From an uncultured Planctomycetaceae bacterium (GTDB lineage Bacteria > Planctomycetota > PLA2), in contig CAZMXP010000004.1 of assembly GCA_964570285.1 (NCBI GenBank), positions 75,365-139,364 of the forward strand: a stretch of 64,000 bases of DNA, in the 5' to 3' direction. The notes beneath the pieces are model-generated. The model had not been told where the DNA came from and did no database searches. It worked only from the letters and a program-made list of their open reading frames with translations. Positions 48,419 through 57,873 of the stretch are shown here, piece after piece (position 1 is the first letter of the stretch; every line of letters begins with the position of its first letter). The translations under genes and the position numbers were made by a program.

Positions 48419-50350
48419 GTGACGGCGCAGACCTTCCAGGGCAAGACGCTCTATCCGTTCCAGCAGCGCGCGATCGAGGCGATCGATGCCGGCCGGTCGG
48501 TGATCGTCGCCGCGCCCACCGGCGCGGGCAAGACGCTCGTGGCCGACTACGCGATCGAGCACTCGTTCATGGACGGGCGCCGGATCGTCTATACCGCCCC
48601 GATCAAGGCGCTCTCGAACCAGAAGTTCCGCGACTTCCGCGCCGAGCACGGCGACGACGTCGGCATCATGACCGGGGACGTCACGATCAACGCGGAGGCG
48701 CCGCTGCTGATCATGACGACCGAGGTCTTCCGCAACACGATCTTCGAGAGCCCCGAGCGCCTCGAGCCGGTGACCTTCGTCGTCTTCGACGAGGTCCACT
48801 ACCTCGACGACGAGGAGCGGGGCACGGTCTGGGAGGAGTCGATCCTCTACGCCCCCTCCCACATCCGGATCGTCGCGCTCAGCGCGACCATCCCCAACAT
48901 CGAGCAGCTCGCCGGCTGGATGCGGCGGACGCGCAAGTCCGAGGTGGATGTCGTCGTCGAGGAGCAGCGCCCGGTGCCGCTGCACCACTACTTCTACGTG
49001 CCCGAGGCGGGCCCCCGGGACCTGCGCCAGCTCAAGGGGGTGCTCGCGAAGGCGCCGCGCAACCGCCGCTTCCGCAGCGAGGGCTTCCCGCGCCACCCGA
49101 TCGCCTACGTCGTGCGCGAGAGCTGGCTGCCGGCGCTCTACTTCGCCTTCTCGCGGCGCGACTGCGAGCTGCTCTGCGAGCGCGAGGCGCGGGCGAACGA
49201 CCTGCTCGAGGACAGCGAGCGGCGGCAGATCCTTGCGCTCTTCGACGACCTGGCCCGGCGCTACGAGGTCGACGGGCAGGCGGGGACCGCGCGGCTCCGC
49301 CACCTCGCCTCGCGCGGCACGCTCTACCACCACGCGGGCCTGCTGCCGATCCAGAAGGAGATCGTCGAACGCCTCTTCACGACAGGCGGCGTGAAGCTGC
49401 TCTTCGCGACGGAGACCTTCGCGCTCGGCGTCAACATGCCGGCGAAGTGCGTCGTCTTCGACACGCTGCGCAAGTTCGACGGCGTGGACGTGCGCATCAT
49501 GAAGACCCGCGACTACCAGCAGATGGCGGGGCGCGCGGGCCGGCAGGGCATGGACAAGGAGGGGCTCGTCCTCTCGAAGATCGACATCGAGGAGGCGAGC
49601 TTCGCCGCGCTGCAGCGCGTCACCGAGGGCACCAACGAGCCGGTGCTGAGCCGCTTCAACCTCTCCTACGCGACGCTGCTGAACCTCTACCTCCGCCTCG
49701 GCGAGGGGGTCTACACCGCCTACGACCGGAGCTTCGCGCACTACCAGCAGACCAAGGCCGAGCGGCGCGAGGCGGCGCCGAGGAACCGGGTCATCGCCCG
49801 GCGCATGCGCATCCTCCGCGAGCGCGGCTACGCCGGCGAGAGCGGCACGACCCCCCGCGGCGAACTCGCGCGCAAGATCAGCGGCTACGAGATCCAGGTG
49901 ACGGAGTTCTACTTCGCGGGCCTCTTCGAGCGGGCGTCGGTGCTGGAACTCGCGGCGCTCTTCGTCGCGATCGTCTACGAGGCGCGCAAGATGGACGACA
50001 CCGACCCGGTCCGCATCCCCGGCATGGAGAAGGAGGCGATCGCGCTGGTGCGGGACTGGACGCTGGACGAGCAGCGGGCGGAGCTCGCGGAGCTGCTGAA
50101 ACGCCCCGATTTCGGGCTCAATGCGGTGGTGTTCGCGTGGGTCAAGGAGGTCTCCTTCGAGGACCTGCGCCGCTTCACGAACGTCTCCGAGGGCGACCTC
50201 GTCCGTACGCTCCGCATGGCGCTCCAGCTGATGCGGCAGCTCCGCCGGGTCATCGACCGGAAGGACCCCCTCGGGGACAAGCTCGACGAGGCGGCCCGGC
50301 GGATGGACCGCGACGTCGTGGATGCGCGGCGGCAGCTCGAGCTGGGGTAG
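48419..50350 (+). CDS. Ski2/HelY-like DEVH-box RNA helicase
   Basis: APTGAGKT, PIKALSNQK, FDEVHY, LSAT, HHAG, ATETFALGVNMP, QMAGRAGR; C-terminal DSHCT-like EGDLVR. Confidence 0.93.
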   Translation: MTAQTFQGKTLYPFQQRAIEAIDAGRSVIVAAPTGAGKTLVADYAIEHSFMDGRRIVYTAPIKALSNQKFRDFRAEHGDDVGIMTGDVTINAEAPLLIMTTEVFRNTIFESPERLEPVTFVVFDEVHYLDDEERGTVWEESILYAPSHIRIVALSATIPNIEQLAGWMRRTRKSEVDVVVEEQRPVPLHHYFYVPEAGPRDLRQLKGVLAKAPRNRRFRSEGFPRHPIAYVVRESWLPALYFAFSRRDCELLCEREARANDLLEDSERRQILALFDDLARRYEVDGQAGTARLRHLASRGTLYHHAGLLPIQKEIVERLFTTGGVKLLFATETFALGVNMPAKCVVFDTLRKFDGVDVRIMKTRDYQQMAGRAGRQGMDKEGLVLSKIDIEEASFAALQRVTEGTNEPVLSRFNLSYATLLNLYLRLGEGVYTAYDRSFAHYQQTKAERREAAPRNRVIARRMRILRERGYAGESGTTPRGELARKISGYEIQVTEFYFAGLFERASVLELAALFVAIVYEARKMDDTDPVRIPGMEKEAIALVRDWTLDEQRAELAELLKRPDFGLNAVVFAWVKEVSFEDLRRFTNVSEGDLVRTLRMALQLMRQLRRVIDRKDPLGDKLDEAARRMDRDVVDARRQLELG

Positions 50351-50359
50351 ACTGGGGCG

Positions 50360-52327
50360 ATGGCGCGCCGAAAGAGCGAGGAAGACGAGCCCGAACGGCC
50401 GGCGAAGGGCAAGAAGGCCCCGGCGGCCAGGGACCTCGGCTCCGACACCTCCCCCGACACCAAGCTGGTCAACGCGCTCGAGTCGGACCCGGGCTTCTTC
50501 AAGGACCCGCTCATCGGCCAGACGCTCGGCAAGTGCAAGATCGGCAAGCTGCTCGGCGAGGGCAAGACCGCCGTGGTCTATCGCGCCCTGTACGAGCCGC
50601 TCAAGCGCACGGTCGCCGTCAAGGTGCTGCAGGAGCACATGAAGCGGGTGCCCGCGGTGCTGCGCGTCTTCCAGCAGGAGGGCAAGGCGGTCGCCGCGCT
50701 CGACCACGAGAACATCCTCAAGATCTACGACGTCGGCGAGGACAAGGGCCAGCACTACCTCGTGCTCGAGCTGCTGAAGGGGCGCGACCTGCTCAAACGC
50801 ATCGAGGAGTGCGGCGAGGAGGGGCTCCCGCTCGAGGAGGCGGTGGACTACGTGCGGCAGGCCGCCGCCGGGCTCGCCGCGGCCCACCGGAAAAACCTCG
50901 TCCACCGCGACATCAAGCCGCAGAACCTCGTCGTCGAGCCCGGCGGCACGCTCAAGATCGTCGACTTCGGCCTCGCCGCCGACGTCGAGGGGGCCTTCGC
51001 CGGGGGCCGGCTCGGCACGCCGCACTACATGTCCCCCGAGCAGTGCCGCGGCGAGGGCGCCCGCACGGCCTCCGACATCTACGCGCTCGGCATCACGCTC
51101 TTCCACATGCTGGTCGGCCACCCGCCCTACTCGGGGCTGCACACGACCGAGGAGATCATCGCGGAGCACCTGAAGGGCCAGAAACTCGAGCCCGAGAAGC
51201 TCCGCCGCGGCCTCCCGCGCGGCGTCGCCGACCTGCTGCGCAAGATGACGCGGATGGACCCCGACGCGCGGCCGTCGGCGAAGGAGCTGACGGAGACCCT
51301 CGCGAAGTTCACGCCCGAGCAGCTGGGCGATGAGAAGGGGGCACGGGGGCGCGGGCGCCGGGGCGGGCGCACCGGCGCGAAGGCGGTGCCCCCGATGGCG
51401 ATCGCCGGCGGCGTCGTCGTCCTCGGGATCCTCGTCGCGGTCTTCCTCGGCGGCAAGGACGCGCCGCCGGAGGAGACCCCCAAGGCCACCCCCCCGGCCC
51501 CCCCCGAAATCGCCGCGCAGGACCGGCCCAGCAAGCCGGAACCGTCCAAGGTCAACCGGACCCTCGAGCAGGAACTGAAACAGCTGATCGCCGACGCGGT
51601 GCGCGAGGAGGGCACCGGCAACTTCGTCGAGGCGCACAGCATCTACACGCAGGTGAAACTCAAGAGCAAGCCCGACCACCCGCTCTACAAGCAGGCGGAC
51701 GCCGCGGCGAACCTGCTCAAGGAGCGCATCAACGCGGAGAAGAGGCAGGGGAAGGAGCGAAAGCCGTTCATCACCGCCGCCGACAGCGAGCGGGCGGGCG
51801 CGGAGTACCTCGAGCGGCAGGAGGAGTTCCGGCTGCTGCTCCGCTCGTTCCAGGTCACCGCGGTGCGCACCGAGCTGGATGCGCTGATCGCCCGCACGCG
51901 CGAGGCGACGCCGGAGCGCGCGGTGATCGAGGAGGGGATCCGCCGTCTCGCCCACCTCGAGGCGCTGATGGGGATCCTGCGCGGGCGGGCCAGCACGCTG
52001 TCGGGCGGCAAGGAGTACTGGTCGAAGTACGACAGCAACGCGTCGCCGGACCAGGTCGTGGATGACGCCGACGAGAAGGGCATCCGCGTGCGCGACACCG
52101 CGATCAACCGCGAGGACGTCTACCCGTGGGCGGGGCTCGCGCCGAAGGTCGTGATCCGCTTCCTCGACGCGCTGCGGAGCGCGCGGAGCGGCACCGAGTG
52201 CCTCTGGGTGGCCTACTACTGCCAGCTTCTCGCGGATCCGGTCGCGGACGTCTACTTCGACCAGGCGATCCTGCTCGACAGCAGCGCCGAGATGGCGGCG
52301 GAGGTCCGGGCGCTGCGCGGATCCTGA
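50360..52327 (+). CDS. Single-pass membrane Ser/Thr protein kinase (STK4)
   Basis: LGEGKTAVVY, VAVK, HRDIKPQN, DFG, GTPHYMSPEQ; TM IAGGVVVLGILVAVFLG. Confidence 0.94.
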   Translation: MARRKSEEDEPERPAKGKKAPAARDLGSDTSPDTKLVNALESDPGFFKDPLIGQTLGKCKIGKLLGEGKTAVVYRALYEPLKRTVAVKVLQEHMKRVPAVLRVFQQEGKAVAALDHENILKIYDVGEDKGQHYLVLELLKGRDLLKRIEECGEEGLPLEEAVDYVRQAAAGLAAAHRKNLVHRDIKPQNLVVEPGGTLKIVDFGLAADVEGAFAGGRLGTPHYMSPEQCRGEGARTASDIYALGITLFHMLVGHPPYSGLHTTEEIIAEHLKGQKLEPEKLRRGLPRGVADLLRKMTRMDPDARPSAKELTETLAKFTPEQLGDEKGARGRGRRGGRTGAKAVPPMAIAGGVVVLGILVAVFLGGKDAPPEETPKATPPAPPEIAAQDRPSKPEPSKVNRTLEQELKQLIADAVREEGTGNFVEAHSIYTQVKLKSKPDHPLYKQADAAANLLKERINAEKRQGKERKPFITAADSERAGAEYLERQEEFRLLLRSFQVTAVRTELDALIARTREATPERAVIEEGIRRLAHLEALMGILRGRASTLSGGKEYWSKYDSNASPDQVVDDADEKGIRVRDTAINREDVYPWAGLAPKVVIRFLDALRSARSGTECLWVAYYCQLLADPVADVYFDQAILLDSSAEMAAEVRALRGS

Positions 52328-52383
52328 GGCCGGGCCCCGGGGGGTTGAACCGCGGCCGCGGGGTGGTAGAGTCGGGGACGGAC

Positions 52384-52458
52384 GCGGGCGTAGCTCAGTG
52401 GTAGAGCATCACGTTGCCAACGTGAGGGTCGTGAGTTCAAACCTCATCGCCCGCTCCA
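52384..52458 (+). tRNA. tRNA-Gly(GCC)
   Basis: GCGGGCG acceptor; anticodon arm TCACG-TTGCCAA-CGTGA; TTCAA T-loop; encoded CCA. Confidence 0.97.
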
Positions 52459-52497
52459 AAAAAGGCCCCCGCCAGAGCGCGGGGGCCTTTTTTGGAG
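52454..52497. terminator. Bidirectional Rho-independent terminator
   Basis: CTCCAAAAAAGGCCCCCGC / GCGGGGGCCTTTTTTGGAG, a perfect 19-bp inverted repeat. Confidence 0.85.
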
Positions 52498-52511
52498 TAA
52501 GAGGGACGCGT

Positions 52512-53537
52512 ATGGACGAGCTGCTGCGGGAACTCCTCCTGGTGCCGGGGGTTTCGGGATGCGAGGAGAGGGTGCGGGCGGTGGTGGGGCGGCACCTGCC
52601 TCCCGGCGTGACGGGCGGCGTGGATGCGATGGGGAACCTCGTCGCGACGCTCGGGGGCGGGGACGAGGCGATCCTCTTCGCGGCGCACATGGACGAGATC
52701 GGGTTCGTCGTCAGCGACGTGCGGGAGGACGGGTTCCTGCGGCTGAAGCCGGTCGGCGGCATCGATCCGCGCACCGTGCTCGGCCATGTGCTGCGCGTCG
52801 TCACGCGCGAGGGCGAACTGCTCGGCGTCGTCGGCGTGAACCCGCCCCACCTGATGCGCGACCGCGCCAAGGAGATGGGGGCGGTGCCCGAAGTGACGGA
52901 GATGTACGTCGACATCGGCGCGAAGAGCCGCGAGGAGGCGCTCGCGCTCGGCGTCGCGCTGCTCGACTTCGCGGTGCTCGAGAAGGCGCCCTGCGTGGTG
53001 CACGGCCGCCGGCTCGTCTGCCGCGGCCTCGACGACCGCATCGGCTGCTGGATCCTGCTCAAGGCGATGCATCGGCTGCGCGAGGAGACCTTCGCGCGAA
53101 AGGTGCACTTCGCCTTCACCGTGCAGGAGGAGGTCGGGCTGCGCGGGGCGCAGGTCCTCGCGCGGCGCATGGATCTCACGCACGTCTTCGCGGTGGACAG
53201 CGCATCCGCGGCCGACTACCCCATGGCGACCCGCGACCTGAGCCCCGCGCTGCTCGGCGGCGGCGCCTGCCTGCGCGTCTTCGACAACGCATCGATCATC
53301 CCCCCTGCGTTCACGCGCGAGATCGAGGGCATCGCGCGCGACGCGGGCATCCCCTGCCAGGTCATCTTCGGCGGAGGCGGCACCGACGTCGGCGCCTTCC
53401 AGTACGGCGGCGCGCGCTCGATGCCGCTCGGGATCCCGATGCGCTACACCCACGCGGCGGTCGAGATGGTCGACGAGGGCGACGTCGAGGCGACCCTCGA
53501 CCTCGTCTGCGCGCTCGCGCTCCGCTACGGCTCATGA
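52512..53537 (+). CDS. M42-family metallopeptidase
   Basis: PGVSGCE, AAHMDEIG, GGIDPR, GLDDRIGC, TVQEEVGLRGA, RYTH. Confidence 0.92.
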   Translation: MDELLRELLLVPGVSGCEERVRAVVGRHLPPGVTGGVDAMGNLVATLGGGDEAILFAAHMDEIGFVVSDVREDGFLRLKPVGGIDPRTVLGHVLRVVTREGELLGVVGVNPPHLMRDRAKEMGAVPEVTEMYVDIGAKSREEALALGVALLDFAVLEKAPCVVHGRRLVCRGLDDRIGCWILLKAMHRLREETFARKVHFAFTVQEEVGLRGAQVLARRMDLTHVFAVDSASAADYPMATRDLSPALLGGGACLRVFDNASIIPPAFTREIEGIARDAGIPCQVIFGGGGTDVGAFQYGGARSMPLGIPMRYTHAAVEMVDEGDVEATLDLVCALALRYGS

Positions 53538-53566
53538 GCGCGGCCGCGCCGGTCGAAGGAGGGGGT

Positions 53567-54586
53567 ATGGGCCAATCGATCCTCGTGACCGGAGGCGCCG
53601 GCTACATCGGCAGCCACACCTGCGTTGAACTCCTGCGGGCGGGCTACGAGGTTACCGTGCTCGACAACCTGTGCAACAGCTCGGAAGTCGCGTTGGACCG
53701 CGTCCGTGAGATCGCGGGCCGCGCGTTGCGGTTCGTCAGGCTCGATCTGCTCGATGGGGAGGGGGTGCGGGGGATCCTCGCCGACGGGCGCTTCGACGCG
53801 GTGATCCACTTCGCCGGCTTGAAAGCCGTGGGGGAGTCGGTGGCGATCCCGCTGCGTTACTTCCACAACAACCTGACGGGGACGCTGGTGCTGCTCGAGG
53901 CGATGCGCGAGTTCGGCCCGCGGCGGCTCGTCTTCTCGTCGAGCGCGACCGTCTACGGCGATCCGGCGAGCGTGCCCATCCGCGAGGACTTCCCGCTCTC
54001 GGCGACCAACCCCTACGGCCGCACGAAGCTGATCATCGAGCAGATGCTGATGGACCTCGCCCGCGCCGAGGGCGACTGGAGCCTCGTCGCGCTGCGCTAC
54101 TTCAACCCGGTGGGCGCGCACGAGAGCGGCCGCATCGGGGAGGACCCGCAGGGGATCCCGAACAACCTGATGCCCTACGTGATGCAGGTGGCGGTCGGGA
54201 AACTGCCGCACCTGAGCGTCTTCGGCAACGACTACCCGACGCCGGACGGCACCGGCGTCAGGGACTACATCCACGTCGTCGATCTCGCCGAGGGCCACCT
54301 CGCCGCGCTGCGCGCGCTCGACTTCACTCAGGGATTTGTCCCCTACAACCTCGGCACCGGCCGCGGCTACAGCGTGCTCGAGGCGGTCGCCGCCGCCGAG
54401 CGCGCGTCGGGCCGCCGCGTGCCGCACAAGGTGGTCGCCCGCCGCCCCGGCGACATCGCCACCTGCTACGCCGACCCCTCCCTCGCCGCGCGCGCGCTCG
54501 GCTGGAAAGCCACCCGCGACCTCGACGCGATGTGCAGGGACGCGTGGCGGTGGCAGCGCGCGAACCCGGACGGGTACGCGAGCTAG
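53567..54586 (+). CDS. galE: UDP-glucose 4-epimerase
   Basis: VTGGAGYIGSHT, IHFAGLKAVGES, SSSATVYG, PYGRTK, LRYFNPVGAH, RDYIHVVDLA. Confidence 0.97.
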   Translation: MGQSILVTGGAGYIGSHTCVELLRAGYEVTVLDNLCNSSEVALDRVREIAGRALRFVRLDLLDGEGVRGILADGRFDAVIHFAGLKAVGESVAIPLRYFHNNLTGTLVLLEAMREFGPRRLVFSSSATVYGDPASVPIREDFPLSATNPYGRTKLIIEQMLMDLARAEGDWSLVALRYFNPVGAHESGRIGEDPQGIPNNLMPYVMQVAVGKLPHLSVFGNDYPTPDGTGVRDYIHVVDLAEGHLAALRALDFTQGFVPYNLGTGRGYSVLEAVAAAERASGRRVPHKVVARRPGDIATCYADPSLAARALGWKATRDLDAMCRDAWRWQRANPDGYAS

Positions 54587-54653
54587 CGCCACGGGGCTCC
54601 CTCGGCCTGGCCCTGCCGGCTGCGCGCGCTGGAGGCCGGGTATCCTGGGCGCG

Positions 54654-56618
54654 ATGCCCAGGGACTCCGCCTACTACGCGGCACCGGTCGGGATGTTTCT
54701 TGCGACAGCGACGGAGCATGTTCTCGGTGTCCTTGCGGTAGCGCACGCCCAGGATCTGGAGGCGAGCCAGCGCCGGGCGTGGCAGGAAGAGATCGATCTC
54801 CTGAAGTCCCAGCTGCGGGGTTGCGTCGGCACGCTCTTCCTCGAGTTCGACGTGCCGCGGCTCGGAAGCCGGATCGATGCGGTGCTGGTCTCGGGGCCGG
54901 CGGTCTTTCCGATCGAGTTCAAGTGCGGGGAGAGGCAGTTCCGGGTGCCCGACTACAACCAGGCGTGGGACTACGCGCTCGACCTGAAGAACTTCCATGC
55001 GGCGAGCCACCGTGCGCCGATCCTCCCGATTCTCGTGGCGACCCGGGCGGAGGGGCACGACCAGGAGTGGGATCGCGCGCATGTCGACGGCGTCCGGCCG
55101 CCCTACCGCTGCGGTGGGGGCCACTTGCGCGCGGCGATCGACCGCGGTCTCGCGGTCAGCGGCGGACCCGCCATCATCGCCTCGGACTGGGGAGAGGCCC
55201 CCTATCACCCTACGCCGACCATCATCGAGGCGGCGCGCGCGCTCTTCGCGCGGCACACGGTGGAGGCGATCTCGCGCAACGACGCCGGCGCCACCAACCT
55301 GCGCGTCACCTCCGTTGCCGTGGAGGATGTCATCCACCGGTCGAGGGATCGCCGCGAGAAGTCCATCGTCTTCGTCACGGGCGTCCCGGGCGCGGGAAAG
55401 ACCCTCGTCGGCCTCAACGTCGCGACGCGCCGGCGAGCGCAGGGAGAGGCGCGGGCGGTCTACCTGTCCGGGAACGGACCGCTCGTGGCGGTGCTGCAGG
55501 AGGCGCTCACCCGCGACGAGATGGCGCGGTCGGGCAACCGCGAACGGAAGGGCGTCGTCCGCCAGCGCGTGAAGCCGTTCATCCAGAACGTCCACCACTT
55601 CCGCGACGAGGGAATCCGCACGGGCACCGCTCCCTACGATCACGTCGTCATCTTCGACGAGGCGCAGCGCGCCTGGACTCGGGAGAAGACCGCGGACTTC
55701 ATGCGCCGCCGGAAGGGGCTCGCCGACTTCGATCTGTCGGAGCCGGGGTTCCTGATCTCCTATCTCGACCGTCACGAAACCTGGGCGGTCGTGATCTGTC
55801 TCGTCGGCGGGGGACAGGAGATCCACACCGGGGAGGCGGGGATCGGCGAGTGGCTCGAGGCGCTGAGGGGCCGATTCCCGCACTGGCGCGTCCATGTCTC
55901 GCCGCACCTCACCGATTCCGAGTACGCGGTCGGGGAGACGATCCGTCACCTCGGCGAGTCGCTGACGGTTTCTTGGGACGAGCGCTTCCATCTCGCGACG
56001 TCGATGCGTTCGTTCCGCTCCGAGAGGGTTTCCGCCTTCGTGAAGGCGCTTCTCGACTGCGACACGCCCGCCGCGCGAACGCTGTGCGACGAGGTGACGC
56101 GCCGCTACCCGATCGCCGTGACGCGCGACCTCGCGCGCGCGAAGGCGTGGATCCGCGAGCGCGCGCGGGGATCGGAGCGGTACGGGCTCGTCGCGTCGTC
56201 GCAGGCGCAGCGTCTCAAGCCCCACGCGATCGACGTGCGCGTCGAAGTCAATCCGGTCCAGTGGTTCCTCAACGGGAGGGAGGACACGCGCTCGAGCTAC
56301 TACATGGAAGACGCTGCCAGCGAGTTCCAGGTCCAAGGCCTCGAGCTCGACTGGGTCTGCGTCACATGGGACGCCGATCTCCGCCACCACAAGGGGTCAT
56401 GGCGCTACCATACGTTCCGCGGGGACGCCTGGCAGAACATCCACAAGCCCGACCGCAAGCGGTACCTCCTCAATGCGTACCGCGTGCTCCTGACTCGCGC
56501 CCGGCAAGGGATGGTGATCTTCGTGCCGCCCGGGGATGCGGCGGACCCGACGCGTGCGCCGAGCTTCTACGACGAGACCTACCGATACCTGACCTCATTC
56601 GATCTCGAGGAGGCGTAG
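54654..56618 (+). CDS. DUF2075-type (Schlafen-group-3-like) helicase with N-terminal PD-(D/E)xK-like nuclease domain
   Basis: RIDAVLVSGPAVFPIEFK; Walker A GVPGAGKT; IFDEAQR; GGGQEI; SEFQVQGLELDW; YRVLLTRAR. Confidence 0.85.
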   Translation: MPRDSAYYAAPVGMFLATATEHVLGVLAVAHAQDLEASQRRAWQEEIDLLKSQLRGCVGTLFLEFDVPRLGSRIDAVLVSGPAVFPIEFKCGERQFRVPDYNQAWDYALDLKNFHAASHRAPILPILVATRAEGHDQEWDRAHVDGVRPPYRCGGGHLRAAIDRGLAVSGGPAIIASDWGEAPYHPTPTIIEAARALFARHTVEAISRNDAGATNLRVTSVAVEDVIHRSRDRREKSIVFVTGVPGAGKTLVGLNVATRRRAQGEARAVYLSGNGPLVAVLQEALTRDEMARSGNRERKGVVRQRVKPFIQNVHHFRDEGIRTGTAPYDHVVIFDEAQRAWTREKTADFMRRRKGLADFDLSEPGFLISYLDRHETWAVVICLVGGGQEIHTGEAGIGEWLEALRGRFPHWRVHVSPHLTDSEYAVGETIRHLGESLTVSWDERFHLATSMRSFRSERVSAFVKALLDCDTPAARTLCDEVTRRYPIAVTRDLARAKAWIRERARGSERYGLVASSQAQRLKPHAIDVRVEVNPVQWFLNGREDTRSSYYMEDAASEFQVQGLELDWVCVTWDADLRHHKGSWRYHTFRGDAWQNIHKPDRKRYLLNAYRVLLTRARQGMVIFVPPGDAADPTRAPSFYDETYRYLTSFDLEEA

Positions 56619-56708
56619 GACCTTTCCGCCCCCCCCGCGCCCCCCCGACCTCGCCCGCTGGAAGCGGCGCGCGAGGGCGGGTAGAAGGTTGGGCTGAGGA
56701 GCAGACCT

Positions 56709-57140
56709 ATGGGTGCCAGTGTCATCGTCCGATCCGTTCCCGGAGCGAAATTCACGCAGGAGGTCGTCGCGGGACGGCACCGCATGGCCGCCGACGAGCC
56801 CGCGGAAGCCGGCGGCGCGGACCAAGGCCCCGGCCCGTACGAATGGCTACTCGGCGCCCTCGGCGCCTGCAAGTCCATGACCGTGCGCATGTATGCGGAG
56901 CGAAAGGGGTGGCCGCTGCGCGAGGTCGAGGTGCGGCTGAGCCACGCGCACATCCACGCGAAGGACTGCTCCGACTGCGAGACCCGGGAGGGGCACCTCG
57001 ACGAGATCCGGGCGGAGGTCCGACTGGTCGGGGAGCTTGATTCGTCGCAGCGGGCGCGCCTTCTCGAAATCGCGGGGCGCTGTCCGGTGCACCGCACCCT
57101 CGTCTCCGAGATCAAGATCCGGACCCTGGCCGCCGACTGA
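56709..57140 (+). CDS. OsmC/YhfA-family protein
   Basis: ADEP...[26 protein letters not shown]. Confidence 0.9.
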   Translation: MGASVIVRSVPGAKFTQEVVAGRHRMAADEPAEAGGADQGPGPYEWLLGALGACKSMTVRMYAERKGWPLREVEVRLSHAHIHAKDCSDCETREGHLDEIRAEVRLVGELDSSQRARLLEIAGRCPVHRTLVSEIKIRTLAAD

Positions 57141-57231
57141 CGCTCCTCGGCCCCTCCTGCCCGGGCAAGAAGGTCGTGCCGCCGCCCGAAGTGGTCGAAC
57201 TGCTGAAGGCGCCGTCTCGGGCGTGGTGCTG

Positions 57232-57747
57232 CTAGGAGGCGCCCGGGCCTGGCTTCCGCAGCTTGGTTGAGTACGGAACGTAGCCCATGGCCGCGTAGAA
57301 GCGCCGGGCCTCGGCATTGAAGTCGTACACGTTGAGTTCGACCCACGAAGCACCCGACCCATGCCCCCAGGTCTCGACGGCGCGTGTGAGCAGTGTGCCG
57401 ATGCCTCGCCGCCGCCACGCTGGCTCGACGACGAGAGCGTCGAGCACGCACCAGCGCTGCGGACGGAAGATGGGCAGATCCGGGGCGGTCCGGACAAGGC
57501 CGATACCGACGCCGACAACCCGCCCGGCATCCGCGACGAAGACCGCGGAGTCGTCGCGGCCCAGCAGTGTTTCGTAGTACGCCACGGACCTGGGCGGGAC
57601 CGCGGGAAGCGCGAACATCCAGGGAGCGCCGTCGCGATGGACCGCGTCGGCCAGGTCAAACAGTCGACATACCTGCCCGTAATCCTCGAGTCGCGCACTG
57701 CGCACGATGGCGTCGCAGCCTGAACGGACGATGTGCAGGGGATCCAT
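57232..57747 (-). CDS. GNAT-family N-acetyltransferase
   Basis: LVVEPAWRRRGIGTLL, ELNVYDFNAEARRFYAAMGY. Confidence 0.9.
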   Translation of the reverse strand: MDPLHIVRSGCDAIVRSARLEDYGQVCRLFDLADAVHRDGAPWMFALPAVPPRSVAYYETLLGRDDSAVFVADAGRVVGVGIGLVRTAPDLPIFRPQRWCVLDALVVEPAWRRRGIGTLLTRAVETWGHGSGASWVELNVYDFNAEARRFYAAMGYVPYSTKLRKPGPGAS

Positions 57748-57873
57748 TGGGTGCGATGGCGCGCCAAGCGACCTGCCGCTCAGCCGTGAACGGCGCACCC
57801 ATGCTACCGCGATCGCCGCCGCGGGATCCGCCGGCCGCCGGCGAGGGCGCGGCCTTTGAGGGCGTGGCCGTCC

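Noticed and set aside
57141-57234. Coding-like fragment PGKKVVPPPEVVELLK after osmC
   Set aside because: No start codon or SD and fewer than 30 codons. It could be a gene remnant but cannot be supported.
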